A stretch of DNA of 64,000 bases from Phoronis australis (Eukaryota; Animalia; Phoronida). The stretch is taken from the NCBI GenBank assembly GCA_002633005.1, contig NMRA01000024.1:1145903-1209902 (forward strand), written 5' to 3'. Shown here one piece after another: positions 1-13,600 of the stretch. Made by a program: the position numbers and the translations under genes. The notes beneath the pieces were generated by a model. It made no database searches and had not been told where the DNA came from. It saw nothing but the letters and a program-made list of their open reading frames with translations. Numbering within the stretch: position 1 is the first letter of the stretch; every line of letters starts with the position of its first letter.

Positions 1-363
1 TACGACTTTTCGTATGCTAAAAAGGTGTGTGTAAGCAGATGTTCCAACAAAAATTTTTGCTGGTGGCGTGACTCATACCCAGATGTGCACAATATGGTTT
101 CACGAAACTTATGTGCCAAGTTCATGTGACGAAATCGAGAAGGGTTTTTAATCATCTTAAGAAAAACTCCAGAGACATGTTAAGTGCCAGAAACTTACCA
201 GGATGCATGGAAATTTCACTATTTGGCTACAAAAACAAAAAAATATCTTACACGGGAGGGGAAACCCCCCTCCCGACCTCCCCCCGCTCGGTGCCACGCG
301 CCTACGATTCGACCTTGGCGGGAATCCTAACCCCCCCTTGCTGAAAACGTAGATCCGCCACTG
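1..363. mobile_element. Right part of a MITE (terminus TAGATCCGCCACTG), same family as 33579-33838
   Basis: 241-363 aligns by eye with 33713-33838 (ATCTTACAC..GGGAGGGGG.AAACCCC.TCCCGACCT..CCGCTCGGTG..CTGAAAAC..GTAGATC.GCCACTG). The left end is not located. Confidence 0.65.
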
Positions 364-561
364 CGTGAAATAGATTTTGGATATGAAGCAGATAGACTCA
401 AGTAGAAATACAAACCAGAATCAGTTTCTGTGCGCTCGTAGACCCTCTGCTGTACTGGGTAAATTTGGCGTGTCCAGAAAAATAATTTCTATTTCGTTTT
501 CACTGTACACAAGCATAAAAAACCGACATCATTACAAACTGTGTAGAAATATAAGTTATTA

Positions 562-925
562 CCTGAGTGTTTCTCCAGGAAAGTTGGTCCTATCTTTCTG
601 TTGTCTAGACTGCCGAGGAATCTGTACATCGGATCCAATGGTTTGCTCCTCTTGGGAACCATTCTACCCAGATATCTTCGATGTTTGTTCCCAACACTTG
701 CACCTCGTCAACTACTGTGTCAATGAGCTTGTACGCCTCTACAATGTCAGCATTTCGTTTCGCAGCTCAGTTGGCACTAAGCCCCCTGAGGTTACCAAGT
801 CCATTCAAAAGACTTACAACATGCGCAACTAAATTTGATCCGTTCATCATTGACTACTTCACACCTTGACGATGTATCCCAGGACCCATTTGCATCTCTT
901 GCAATTTTCGAAATAAACGTCCGAA
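562..925 (-). pseudogene. Decayed hAT-superfamily transposase fragment (THAP12/ZMYM1-like)
   Basis: Minus-strand translation across frameshifts and a stop: IARDANGSWDTSSR..., LRGLSAN*AAKRNADIVEAYKLIDTVVDEV...NIEDIWVEWF, then IGSDVQIPRQSRQQKDRTNFPGET. This matches the remembered hAT pattern GLS..LQ...DI..A...I..V / IPR...RQ..R.N.P. Not database-verified. Confidence 0.7.
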
Positions 926-1581
926 TGTCTGAACGCTTGAAACCCGAAGTACTAACATCAAATAAATGTCCATTGGGCATGGGCGTTTCGTCGGGTGGGC
1001 CTTTCTGCGGAAATTCCCAGTATAGAAAACGGCAGTGGTGCTTATTGCAAGTAGAAAGACAGTAGGCGTTGAGGTCGGCACTAGGGCTCCTTATATTAGG
1101 AGGCCTATTGAACATCACACGAGTCAAGCAAGACCATGTTTTTTGTGAAAATACAGCCTCCCCCCAATTTCTGCTACTGTACACTGTTCGCGAATGCGGT
1201 CACTTTGTCAATGTGAGTGCCCCCTTGGTCATTCCTTGTATAGACATAACTTGTTAGAGTGCATCTTCAAACAGACTCGCGACCAGACCACGGCGCCCGC
1301 CACAATAGCAATTCTTCGGAAAACGAGTTTTTTTTCAAAAGTATTACATGTACATGTACACTGTATGATATTGCGCAAGCCAACTTTACTACACACCAGC
1401 CAAATTCGAGTTACAAACGTGTGGGGTGTAATAGAATGACACGCCATGACATATGAGGTAAAAACGTTGCACGTCAATTCGCCTGAATATCAGGGTTGCG
1501 GCACCACAGTATTTCCCCTAAAACATATCTTAGAGTAAAGAAACTAGTAACCTAAAGAAATCAGCTATAGAGCTGCTCTTT

Positions 1582-1878
1582 CAGCGGTGGATCCATCTAA
1601 AATCTTGGCTACTTCAGAAGTGTCGACGGAAGCGCGCGCACAATTGATCTCCGGGGTTTTGCCGATGAGCCACGAAGACTCGAAATGCGTTGGTTTTCAT
1701 AACAGCAATTAACAATGCAAAAATATATTTTCAGAGTGAACCTCCTCCCCTCCTCATTTTTTCCAAGTTGGTTTACTTGCCGTTTTTGTTTTGCTGGAGA
1801 CGTTTTTTTATTGTTGGGTCCTGGCCCGAGGGGGGAGTTTAAACCCCCTGAAACCCCCCGTAGATCCCGGCTCCACTG
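1582..1878. mobile_element. Degenerate MITE with CAG(C/T)GG..GATC termini
   Basis: Starts CAGCGGTGGATCC and ends GTAGATCCCGGCTCCACTG, with G/C-run subterminal tracts like the 33579 element. No TSD visible. Confidence 0.5.
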
Positions 1879-2879
1879 AAGTAAACCTGACAAAACTCTC
1901 ATAGCTGTAACGCAACTGTTTTGAGTCCACTCACTGTTCTTCAAGATAATTTGTCTTTTTCAAGTGAAGTTCTGGAAATTATATATCACCGAATTATTAG
2001 CTGTAGCCTAAGTCCGGATCCGATCGATTCACCAGGCCGCCTATCTTGGAGAGCCTCTGTCTCCCAAGTTCCGCCGTTTGCATAGCTTCTGTCCAATAGC
2101 AAAGTTAACATTTTTATAGAGGAAAAAGTCGGAAAGGACATCCATTAGCAGTGTAAAACAGACCGGAACCCATGAGATTATAGGCACTCACGAGAAATGA
2201 AATGAATTTACTCGACCCATCCAGGTTTTAGTTACGGCGCGCAGGCAGAAACCTCAGTCCGGAGAGAGTGGCTGGAAGTTTGGAGACTAATTCAGTTATC
2301 GCTTTTCTCATTATTGAAAATGTCGTCAAATTATCAAAATCAGAAAATTAATATTTATTATATGTAGGCCTTGGCCTCTTGATATAGTTTATATGAAATA
2401 TATAACGCCAGGCTTTTTAATTCCCAAAGATCATGGCTTCGAAATAATCTAGCTATTCTGGCATCACTTGTCACATCATCAAGGGCAGGGCATTAAAACA
2501 TATGACGAATTTCGTTTTTAATTTGCCCAGTATTTCATATTCCACAAATTCTCTTACTCTCAGGTAGACTGTCTCCGAGAGTGCCACACTATCCTGATTC
2601 AAATGTAAAACTTGTGCATTGAGCACCTGAAACAAGCAAGATTTTTCCTTAAGTAGGGACTTAAAAAGTATAGGTATTTTCACACTGCAGTCAATGGTTG
2701 ATAGTACATTTTTAAAATGTTCGTCGTTTAATTGATTTTTTATTATCGTGTTCTTTACCATGTTTACAACTTGGAGAGCTTCGCTCTATTTACTCACACA
2801 AGGTGTCGCTAGTGCACGAACGTAGCCGATAGTCACACCGCTAACAAGGTCACACTGCACTCTTTCACAGTGCATACTT

Positions 2880-3043
2880 TTCAGTATAGATGGCGCTGTG
2901 TAAGATGGTAAGCGTCACACTTCCTGTGCGGGAAACACTTGAAAATGTATCATGTTGTAGGCCTAAATTTCGCAGAAGTGACGGCGTAGCCTATTTGCAG
3001 ATGTTTGTCTCATTCCCATAACATCAAGCGATACCAAGAATGT
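2880..3043 (+). promoter_or_regulatory. Probable RBBP8 promoter / non-coding first exon
   Basis: Locally CpG-richer stretch with an ETS-type CACTTCCTG (about 2917-2925), AGATGGCGC (2888-2896) and a consensus donor GT|GTAAGT at 3043/3044. A candidate acceptor (TTTTAAAG, ending 4651) precedes the ATG at 4662. Confidence 0.4.
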
Positions 3044-4661
3044 GTAAGTAAGAATGAGATAGTTGTGAACTTTTAGGTTTGCCCTGAACACTGCTAAACG
3101 TGATGTTAGGCAGGAAAGTTAAGGTTAACTTTGCACGGTTGCACCTGACAAGGTTTTTTTAACTTTCCAGTTTGCGCCTTTGCGAGAAATAGGCTACTGG
3201 GTTCACATGAGCCTAGACAGTACCACCGTCTCAACTGGCCAGATACTGTGGTCATGCCATCCTCCATACGCCGGAAGCTTTTCGTCGAATTATGCCTCAC
3301 ATTGTCATAGTAAACCATCAAAGTCATGTTGTTGTAATTTATGCAAGCACCTTGATCAGCCTTCAACGATATACTATAAATAGTATATTGTTGATGGCTG
3401 ATAAAAGTGCCTGTGGGTCAGTTGAAATGGTGATACTGTATAACATGAGTCATTAGTGGTGAAAACGCTAACAGTTTCACTGGCCAAAATGCCAGCGTTT
3501 TAGCCTGGCAGAGGAGTTGTCAGTGAAGGGATAATTTTCGTCAGCAGTCAGTTTGTTTGATTCTAAACCACCTGAGTCACTTTAAGCAAAAATTGATGTC
3601 ACTCTCTGCCATCAGTTAATTGATGTGAACCAAGGCCCCTTAACCCTGCGCATCAGTGTTCTCCACAGCCTGTTATGACTTATCATGTCGAGTTTGAATT
3701 TTCTAATGACTAGTTTGAAAACCTGTGCAAGTAATTTGAACCTTTGGAAGATTAATCATCTTTAGTAAATTACAAGGTTTTGGATTTTTTGTTACCAATT
3801 CATTGCATTTATTACAAGACTTATGAAATATATATAGGTAAATAAAACAACAATAATGGATCAACTGAAATTTTCAGATATAATCACATCATTTGTCAAT
3901 AGAAACAGAAAAGATAAAATCAAACACGATGTGACAAATGACATCTGATATTTGACGTACTGAACATAATGGATTGTTGTGGAAAAAAGTAAAGGATATG
4001 ATTTAAGAAGTCTTTGTGTTTAGTCCATTTGGTTCAGTTAATCTTATCTATCCAAAATTGTTCCCTTTCGAGTCTGAGAGGGATACTGGGGTATTGGAGT
4101 TTTTGTATTATTTGTACAGAAAGATCTTGTAGATTATGTTTTTTTGGTATTGAAATGATTACCTATGGTATCAGAAATGTTTTTATGTATTGTGTTAAAT
4201 CTATGACTGCAAAACCGAGTTTGTAGATTATGTTGAGTTAGTCCTGCATATTGAATGGAACATTTTCTACATGTTATTGGGGTAAATGATATTGTTGGGG
4301 GTGCAGTCAAAATAATGCTTTATTTCGAAGTTTTCATTGTTTTGAGAAGACTGGAAGAAAGTATTGTTGTTGATAAAGTTTCACATTTTGCATCTAGATT
4401 TGTTACAATGTGTGTTGCCAATAGGTTTGCCAGTTTGGTTTTTATTGTGACCATATTTGCTCTAACTAAATAATTTTTTAGGCTTTTACATTTTCTTTAA
4501 GAAATTATAGGTGTCTCAACTTTTTTAGAATTATGTTCTGTAAATATCAAGATACGCTCCTGCAATAAAATGAGGGACTGCTTGTGAATAATCATGCTCC
4601 TTGTGGTAGATTTTGGTCATCTTCGAAAGAATGCTCAAATTTGTTTTAAAGGTTGTTATAA

Positions 4662-7600
4662 ATGGAAGATATGACAATGGAGGACTGCTTACAGAAGGTG
4701 CTGGTGTTACACAATCTGAAAATACATGGTAAGATCGGTAATAGTCAATGGACAGGTCTCTAAAACATGAAGATTTGTGGAGAAGTACAACTATGACGAA
4801 GTCAGATGAAATAATTGACCTCAAATGCGTTTTCTCGAGGCTGAAATATGCAGATGTCGCAGTTTCTTGAGGATGAAAGATGACTGCGAGAACTTGATTT
4901 CTCGAGCCTTGATGAAGCGTGTTTGTGAAAAAATGCTACATCTGTGATATCTCAAAGAAATTGTGAAAGCTCAGGGTCACTTGGCATGATGTATCAGAAT
5001 GTTCTGCGATGCATGCTGGTCAGTTTATCTTTGAGTTTTGGAGGACAAATTTGGCCCACAAGAAAAGGTGCTGTCGCTCATACATTTTTGTCCTGAAGAA
5101 AATGCATATTTTATTGGATGTTTTTGTCCTGTATTTTTGCGTGCATTATTGTCCTCATAAAAGCAAGTATTTTGCAGACATTTTTGTCCTGTAGAAATGC
5201 GTTTTCTTGCAGTTGTTTTTGGTGCTCAAAAACATGTTTTCTGTTTTCTGGTGGTTCTGGCTGGCAAATTATAGGTCTCATGCTTGAGCACGAACAGACA
5301 GACAGGCATGCATTGCATGACGTGCAAATTTTATGCGTTGTTCCTGAGCAATCTGTCTTTTACAGTCTAAATATAAATATACAGGCGTTTTCTCGGAGTA
5401 CCAAAGGTATTTTTGGAAAAAGGCATTTTTGTGCAGATATTTTTTATCCTTAAGAAAATCCGGACATGTTTTACCTCAGTACGTGAAGAGATGTGCATAG
5501 CACATGACCAACTTTCACAATTTCCTTAGGCTTCCAATAGATGGCGCAATTTCTCTTACAGACCTAGTTTAGCTTCGATAAATGCTTGCTAGTCTAACTT
5601 TGTTGTTGAATTTCTCTCCAAATCCTCATGTTGTTATGTAAAATGTGAATGTATTGTGACTGTTCATTTCTACAGTTGGGACATACTTGTATATCATGTA
5701 CTAGTATACATACTGCTGTATTATGGAGGTTTGACCTTTTAAAGCAGACCCCTTGAAGTGACTACCGGGTAGTAACGTGAGATGTATTAAGACTATTGTA
5801 TCTGTTCAGCTTCATGCTCAAAGCAATTTAAATGAGTTGTGTTGAAATCATTTTTAATGAAAATTTCAAAATTATATGCTTTGATATACTGACCAAAGTG
5901 TTATCAGGCTCTTGGATATATAATCTTTATTCTCGAAACGCAGCTCAAAGATCAACCATATTGCTTTGCATGGTTGAACAAGTAAATTAATTGTGCTCGA
6001 ATCATGTAGTGTGATTAACAAAGGTTCTAGTCTGAGTCGAGCCCGAGTTCAGAGATTGGACCCTAAACCCAGTCAGGTTGTAACTAGAATTCAGCAGGTT
6101 TCTGTTATTTCTGTGAAGAAGTGTCTTCAGTAGTGGTGCTGTAGTTCCCTCATCCCAAAGGTCTATGTTTTGTGCTTCAATCCGAGTTTTATTTGTAGGC
6201 CTTCAGAAGGAGCTAGCAGCACTAAAGGATGAACTGTCGTGCGCTAAAAAAGAGCACCGTGAACTGAAGTCCAAAAACAGCGAGCTTGACCGGGAAAATA
6301 AACGGTTGGCTATTCTTTATTCCAAAGTAGCACCCAAACTTTTCTTGAATCTCAACTCGAAAGCTGACCAATTGCGTGTGTTTTCGAGTCCGAGTTGAAG
6401 CAAAATATGAGATTAAACAATGTAGTTAAATTCTAAAAACACATCAAGTAATCAGTTCATTCCAAATATTCAGTTATTTGATTAATATGTTGAATATGCA
6501 CTTGAGTTTCCAATAATTGTAAATGCAGATGGTTTTGCAATTGACATTTTTACATATAGCAAAACTGATGCATGCGACTCCTAGAGGGTAGATTTGTAGA
6601 ATCTGATCCGGATAATCCACAGTCAAGGAAGTGTCGCAAAGACGACCCCATACTCTGTAATGTAGCTGCTGTTATTGGATAGACACTTCCTTCTTACTTG
6701 TGTAGATCTATGATAAACGGAAATTTCTGGCTGCTGGGTATGCAACTAAAATGAAGTGATCTTTTCACACATCTGCTATCCTACAACTATTCATGTATAC
6801 AATACATGACATCTCATGCTCTCCACAAAATGGTGAATTCGCGATAGTTTTTACTATCTAAATTCAGGATTGCAAGATAACAACATGACAAATTTGAACA
6901 AGTTAATTGGTTTGCATTTTTACATTTTTTGGTCAATGTCAAGATGCAGTGGACGACATTTCAAACTTGTTACCCTCAATCATCCTACTGATTGTTTTTC
7001 ATTCCAGCTTATTTTCAAAAGGAAAACATTACTCTAAGGAATGTGATAAACTAAAGATAACCAACGCAGAGTTGGTTAAGAAATTGAAAGAATTGGAGAG
7101 GTGAGCTGTGAGAAGGTGAAAACGGAAAAAACGGCGATATTTTTGGTACAGTTTTTCGCTTACTGTGTAAACATTGGTTTTCCACATCGCCCAAAAGCTA
7201 TTTAAGGTAGCCGTTAAGTTCTTTTGGTTGATGTTGGAGGTTACAAAAAAGCGTTTCATCAAAGAAGCTAGTTTTCGATTTACTTCATTTTTTTATGTAA
7301 AACTACTTGTTCCTTACTCTGGCGAGAAACGTTTTTGTGCTTGGAGAGAAATAACAGATTGGAAGCTGGAGATCATGTATGCAAGGACCTTCCATAACAA
7401 GCTAACTTGTCGAGCGTGGTGGTCTCCATCAAGTATAGGCCCATTCGCATGCAAATGATCGCCACGTAAATACCCGAATAAATACTCGGAAATTTGCTAT
7501 TCTCCATTTAGCATGTGAATGCTTGGAATAGCACTTTTCACCTGTGCGGCTAAGTTGGTGGGTATATTACTGCATTAACGACAACGTTATTTGATAAGCC

Positions 7601-10600
7601 GGGGCAAACGTCAAACGAAGCAGTTTTGCTTAGGGAAATCATCACTTCACGCAGGGACATTGCAAGACACATTTCCCACAGAGTTAAAAAATGTGGACTG
7701 AAAAATCTACATGCTTCTAGATCTTTTTGTGGAGCTTTTTTAGTCCCAAGTCTCTGGAGGACTGTCCAGGACCAGGAGGGATAGTATGACGTATCCCCAG
7801 TGAGTGAAAAGACTTGAGGTTACATTAGGTTTTCTGTGATTTTAGAGATCTTAAAACACTGCCGGTGAACTGTCACATTTGCCCCCAGAAGTGAATCCAC
7901 GAGTTTAACTTAGTTTGTGTTAGATTTGATGCTACAAGAACAGTAGTTACCAAAGTCGACGACAGGAGTGACCCAGAAAAGCGGGTTTTATTAAAATTAA
8001 CTAAATACATGAGAACGCTCGCGTGATGAGCTATCAGTTTATCTGAGTCTGGTCTCCATCAATAATGAGCTATCAGTTCGTCTGAGTCTGGTATCCATCA
8101 GTAATGAGCTATCAGTTCTTCTGAGTGTGGTCTCCGTCAGTAATGAGCTATCATTTCTTCTGAGTCTGGTCTCAATCAATGATGAGCTATCAGTTCTTCT
8201 GAGTCGAAAAAAAACTTTAATTATTTGAGTAAGGTACAAGTGGAGACCAATTTTATATTGATGTGTTGTCTAAATGAAGTGTAATAAGTACAAGATTTTT
8301 TATAAACGAGAGAGCTGTATGCTTTTAATGGATGGTAGTCTTGTGTACATAATGTGACTAAAGTATTATTGAGCACTGCTTCAGCAGATCAAACTGTCCA
8401 TTTTTAAGTAAGACTTCCAACACTGTTAGGGGTTGGTTTGCTGACTAGCACAGGGTCCATGTACTGAGGTCTATGGTGCAACTGAATACAACAGGGCCCG
8501 GTCTCCAATCTTTTTACTCGAAATGAAACTCGAAATTAGGTTTGGCATTTTCAAGATAAGTGTCTATTATTCTATGCTCGAGTGCACAACAGCACGTAGA
8601 TAATTTACTGCCTTTAGTTCACAGTTTGTAAACCCAATATTAAAGCAATAAGTTCGAGTTTGAACTCGAAATTTCGAGTTTTTACTCGAGTTTGTAGCAC
8701 GAATATAAGGGTCTTCAAGGGCAAACTTGAACTAGAAACTCCTATGCATAAACTATGATGTATTCGAGCACAGTCTGATAACCAATTATCTTAAGTTCGC
8801 ACAAAAGGAGCAGAGAAATTGCCAAAAATAGTTTCGAGTTCGTTTCGAGTGCAAAGATTAGAGACCGGGCCCAGACTTATTACTGCCATCTGTTGTTGCA
8901 GTTCAAAAGTGAAGGAAGAGCTGTGCACTCTGTTAAAAGAGAACAATGCACTGAAGGCTGATAATGCAAAATTGAAAAGGTCAGTACATGTAGTGTGACA
9001 ACATGGAGAAAATTATTCAAGCAAAGTCCCAAAACATTTTTGTGGTACACTTGTGAACAACAACCTTGGTGTGCAATTATTGTTGTCCTAAGTGCTTATT
9101 GTGTAGCTTCTTTCTGGCTGCGATAGTTGTGTTTACAGTGTATAGGCAAACCAAATTACAACAAACTGGTTTATAATGTTCAGTCGTCACCTATGACGTT
9201 CCATTCTACAAAAGTTAGCCAGCTATACTGTTGTAAAACAAATTAGCCTGTTTTACAGAGAACTCCAGTTGCAACGTTTTCAAGATGTCATGGTGGAATT
9301 TGTTGTAATGCCATTCGTCTGTATTGTCATATTTAAAGCCTCATTGTATTATAATGGTTATTATTGTTATTATTATTATCGTCATCATCATTATTATTGT
9401 TATTATTATTGTTATTATTACTAGTGCTATTATTATTTTTTTGCTAATATTATTATTAGTATTATTAATCATGCAGTATCTGAGCTGTATCAGTTATTGA
9501 AGACAGGCCTCTTCATTGTGGACAGAGCTGCCATTCTTTTCCACTTGGTGGTTAAATGTGAATTTCATGGAATATGCTAATTAAGGCTGTCAAACAGACG
9601 GACTTAAAAAAATCCCTTGCCAAGACATCATTTGTTTCAGTATTAAGAGATAATGTGCAATTGAACTGAACTGAGACTGTGCCGTAAAGGCTTAGAAAAA
9701 ATCACCAACCCTATGGTTTTCTGAAACTTGTTGTTATCACTCATGGATCCTCTGAATGCTCTTCATGACAACAAAAATAATTTCACATTGAGACAGTATT
9801 GTATTTTCTATGGGGAGCTGTTAGTATACAGTTACTCTTAGCCAGTGGCATATTTTCTTTTTAGTTCAATGATTAAGTGTAAGAAGATACTTTCCAGATT
9901 AAAGAATGAATACGACCAAGTTATAGCACAAAATGACATGTCATTGAAATCACCAACAAATGTGTAGGTCATCATAAGCATTTTGGTCTATAAGATAATT
10001 CTTCATATTGTATGGAAGGTATGCTGCACAAAACTGATAATCTCTGTGGTCTTGTTTCTGTCCTTTTGGTTAAGTTTGGGTAGAGTGGCTAGAAACCATA
10101 ACTGATGGAGTCCAGGGCAGACACCTTGATTTTAGTTGTGTCACTGTTCCTAAGTATCATTTTGCTAAGTGTTTGGAGAGAAAGCCTGCTGTTTGTGACT
10201 GTTTTAATTGATTTTAATTAACATTTTCAGCATGGATAAATTAAGAGTTGGAGGCAAGTTTCTTGGGTGTGCCCTGGGCGACAATGCAAGTGTCGCTTCT
10301 CAGAGCGTCCCAGAGCAAGGCTTTACTAGCAAAATTCTTAGTCTGGAAAAGGCGGGGAAGAGAACGAGATATCAAGAGGTGGTAAGGTTGTTTCTTTGGA
10401 AGATTACGTGCTGACAAGCCAATGCCAGGAATACATAATTTGGGAACCTAATGAGGGTTAATAGAGGTTTCAGTCATGGTAATTTTCAACATTCGAAAAC
10501 GAAAAAGTGGAACACCTAGATTTGTGTCAAAGGTCTGACTCAACACCTACAAATTATCCCGATGGCGTTTTTGTATTTTTAGTCATACTTGCGAAATGGA

Positions 10601-13600
10601 ACGGTGAATATGGGTAATTCGTGTGGAAAGTATTTTAAAATTCGTAAATTTCATCGTGTTTGTCAAAAAGCAGGATATTCTGATACTGCGTAATCCTCTG
10701 GCAGGAAATGAAACAAAGCTTCAAAGTGTCGTAAATGGCCGGGCAAAGGTTCAACATTTTGATTCTGTATTCCCTCCTATATGACTCCAATGTCCTACGG
10801 CTACTGAATACAGTCTATATTGATCAAAAACAGTTGCTTTCCCTTAAAAATTAGTTGAGATCTGTTTATTTAATATGGCCATTACCCTGGGACATCCCTT
10901 TTCACACTGTGATGAGTGGCGAATGTTTTGATTTAATCTCGTGATAATCACGTCAAAAATCAAGTCGTGAAAATAGGTAAGTTAACACTTTCTGTTTTCT
11001 GTAGTTGTCTTGTTGTTGGAATGGAACTCACAGAACGTTTCTTTGGCTAATTAATGCTTTGTGATTGGCCAATTTTGATGCGCCGATGTTGCGCTCAGTA
11101 AAACAATGTAGCTCATTATGATCACTTTTGACAGGGCCTATCTCCGGACAACAAGCGTCAAAGGACATTTGGTAGATCAGTGTCTGGCGTAGTTCCCCCC
11201 AACAGAAGTGTAGAGAAAGAAAACTGCTCTCCAGGATCTACGCTTGACGATCCTGATGAAACGAGACTGACATCTCCTGTGCGTGGTAATGCTTCAAACG
11301 GATGTGGGTCACATGCTGGCATTGTATCGAGCACACCAAAGAATTTTTACTTACCAACCCAGGATAGAACAAATGAGGAATCTTCAGCAACAATTGCGTC
11401 TGATTCTGAAATCATTCCCTGTTCTCCCGTGTTCACATCAAGGATTCATAACCATCGTTTGGACAAAACACAATCACCAACGTTATTTGACGAGGAAGAC
11501 CAACACTCCATGCTCTTATTGGAGGAGCGTCACGTACCAGATGCTGCTACCAGTTTTAAGAGAGTTCGTAACAAAAACTTTGGATTGGACCAGTCCAATA
11601 ACTCAGAGACATTTAAAAAGCCACCTGCACCTAACAAGTCAAGGTTATCAAAGTTTGACAGCAAGACGTCTTTATGTTTGGGTAGTAAATCGGAAACGGT
11701 ATCAGATATTTTGCCGCACTCTGAGGAGATTCCAATGCAGCATGCTACTATACTTCAGTGTAATGGGAGTATTGATCCGGGGTTTTGTTTCTCACAGTTC
11801 AGGGATACTCAAAGTTTACAAGTGGATCAGCACGTTGACATTCTGTGTCCAGAAACCGTGGATAGTTGTTCTGGACAAGAATCTGTCCCACAACACCCGT
11901 TTTCTGGTAAAGAAGATGATGATGATGTCATGGTTATTTCCGTGGAAGAAACAAGAGATGTCGCTGCAGTGCAGAATAAAAATGATGTAAATGATGTCAG
12001 TGATGATGAAGAGTTGTCACAAGTGTTGATAGGTGGCGATCAGTGTGAATTAAACAAGCCAGCAGTTTCATCTTCTTTGGAAGATTCTTTTGACAGGTAC
12101 ATTTTCTAAACCCTACAATTTAGCTGGCTGCGTGATGACATAAAAATGGCTTCAAAGATCTTTTGCATGCCCCTAATTATGCTAATGTATTGCAGGAACT
12201 AATTTGAACATCATCTTTGCTAAACAAAGAAATGCAGTTTTATCTGCAAGCAGGTAACCTTTGCACTAATGACGTACCTTGGGGACTCACAGTGCCTGTG
12301 TAATTCAGTGTTATTCCCCAACATGAAGTCATGATACTTACTGGATACGGTTGAGTGATTTACGGCGGATAATTTTCAACACAAACCTTGTTCTTAAAAA
12401 TAGTTGGCAATTTTCAACCTACTTCATATCCACACCACCGCTATATGTTCTGGTTCTAACTAATTTGACCAAGCAATAACAGGTATAAAGAGTAAGCGTG
12501 TATTAGTTCCACTGCGGTTTTGCTTTGTTTGACTTAAAATGCAAAGTGAGCCGAATGTGACTGCAAATTAATTTTGATGCAGCTTTTTGTACTGTCTACT
12601 GACAGTAGCTGACAGTAGTCTTTATTTATTGAAAGAAGTATTTTAGCTCCCATCTGTTAAGGTTATATAGGACTTTATCAACAAGTGTGGATTTAGCCAA
12701 ATATCTATTAGATTGTAGATTTTGGCCCAGTAGATATGTATTTTGGCCCAGTAGATATGTATTTTGGCCCAGTAGATATGTATTTTGGCCCAGTAGATAT
12801 GTATTTTGGCCCAGTAGATATGTATTTTGGCCAAGTAGATATGTATTTTGGCCCAGTAGATATGTATTTTGGCCCAGTAGATATGTATTTTTCTGAAAGC
12901 CCTTTGGAATTTAGGTTTTGACTTTTTACCAAACGGCCATTCATTCGGTCACGTGACCATGCCTTTTGTCAAATACTATAAATGAATAGAAATAGCATAT
13001 TTTTATTTTGCAGGGTTGTCAAACCCGCTGGTGCAAGCTATGCTTATGTGGATGTTGTACGGAGACAAGATGAGCGTCAAAAATTACCAGCTTACTCGTG
13101 CAAACAGTGCTTTGATGTACGTCATGGTAACCGTGTTATTTTTATTAAAGTTGGAAATCAGTGTACTGATAAGACTTAACGTTAGTGGTTGTGATCTTTT
13201 TTTGAAAATCAAGTGGGTGGTGTATTTTTTTAGGTGCTCAATTTTTCAAAAAATAATGGTGCAGGATTTGCTTTTTACTCATCGGTTGACATTTCAAACC
13301 TTGCTTACCTATTTGTTTACCTGCCTTTGGGCAACTTTACAAGAAAATACACGAAACCTTGGCCGAAATTGATACTGGCGTACTCTTTTAGTCGGTGCCA
13401 CCATGTTTCATCTGTTGAATGTCTGTGCTGATTGTAGAATTTGCTCTCAATTACTTACTGACACGTTTTAGGCAAAAATTGTCATTGTACCACCGTGTGA
13501 TCGAGTGGTAGTGTTTTCTGTTTCTGTTCCTCAGTTATTGCGGTGTACTGTTATGGGATTTTGAGTGTCGCAAATGTGGATTTACTCCAATCTGTACTTA

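Noticed and set aside
377-832. 151-aa plus-strand ORF
   Set aside because: It is the antisense shadow of the hAT transposase fragment.
8039-8239. ORF with RRTDSSLL repeats
   Set aside because: It is the translation of the 39-bp tandem repeat; no splice or start support.
11283-11990. 235-aa alternative-frame ORF inside the large CtIP exon
   Set aside because: It starts at GTG, has no recognisable domain, and shadows a real coding exon.
12643-12944. Four overlapping repetitive ORFs (FWPSRYV, YFGPVDM, GPKYIST and similar) and a CRISPR-like look
   Set aside because: These are by-products of a 21-bp minisatellite. There are no unique spacers and no cas genes, and the context is a eukaryotic intron.
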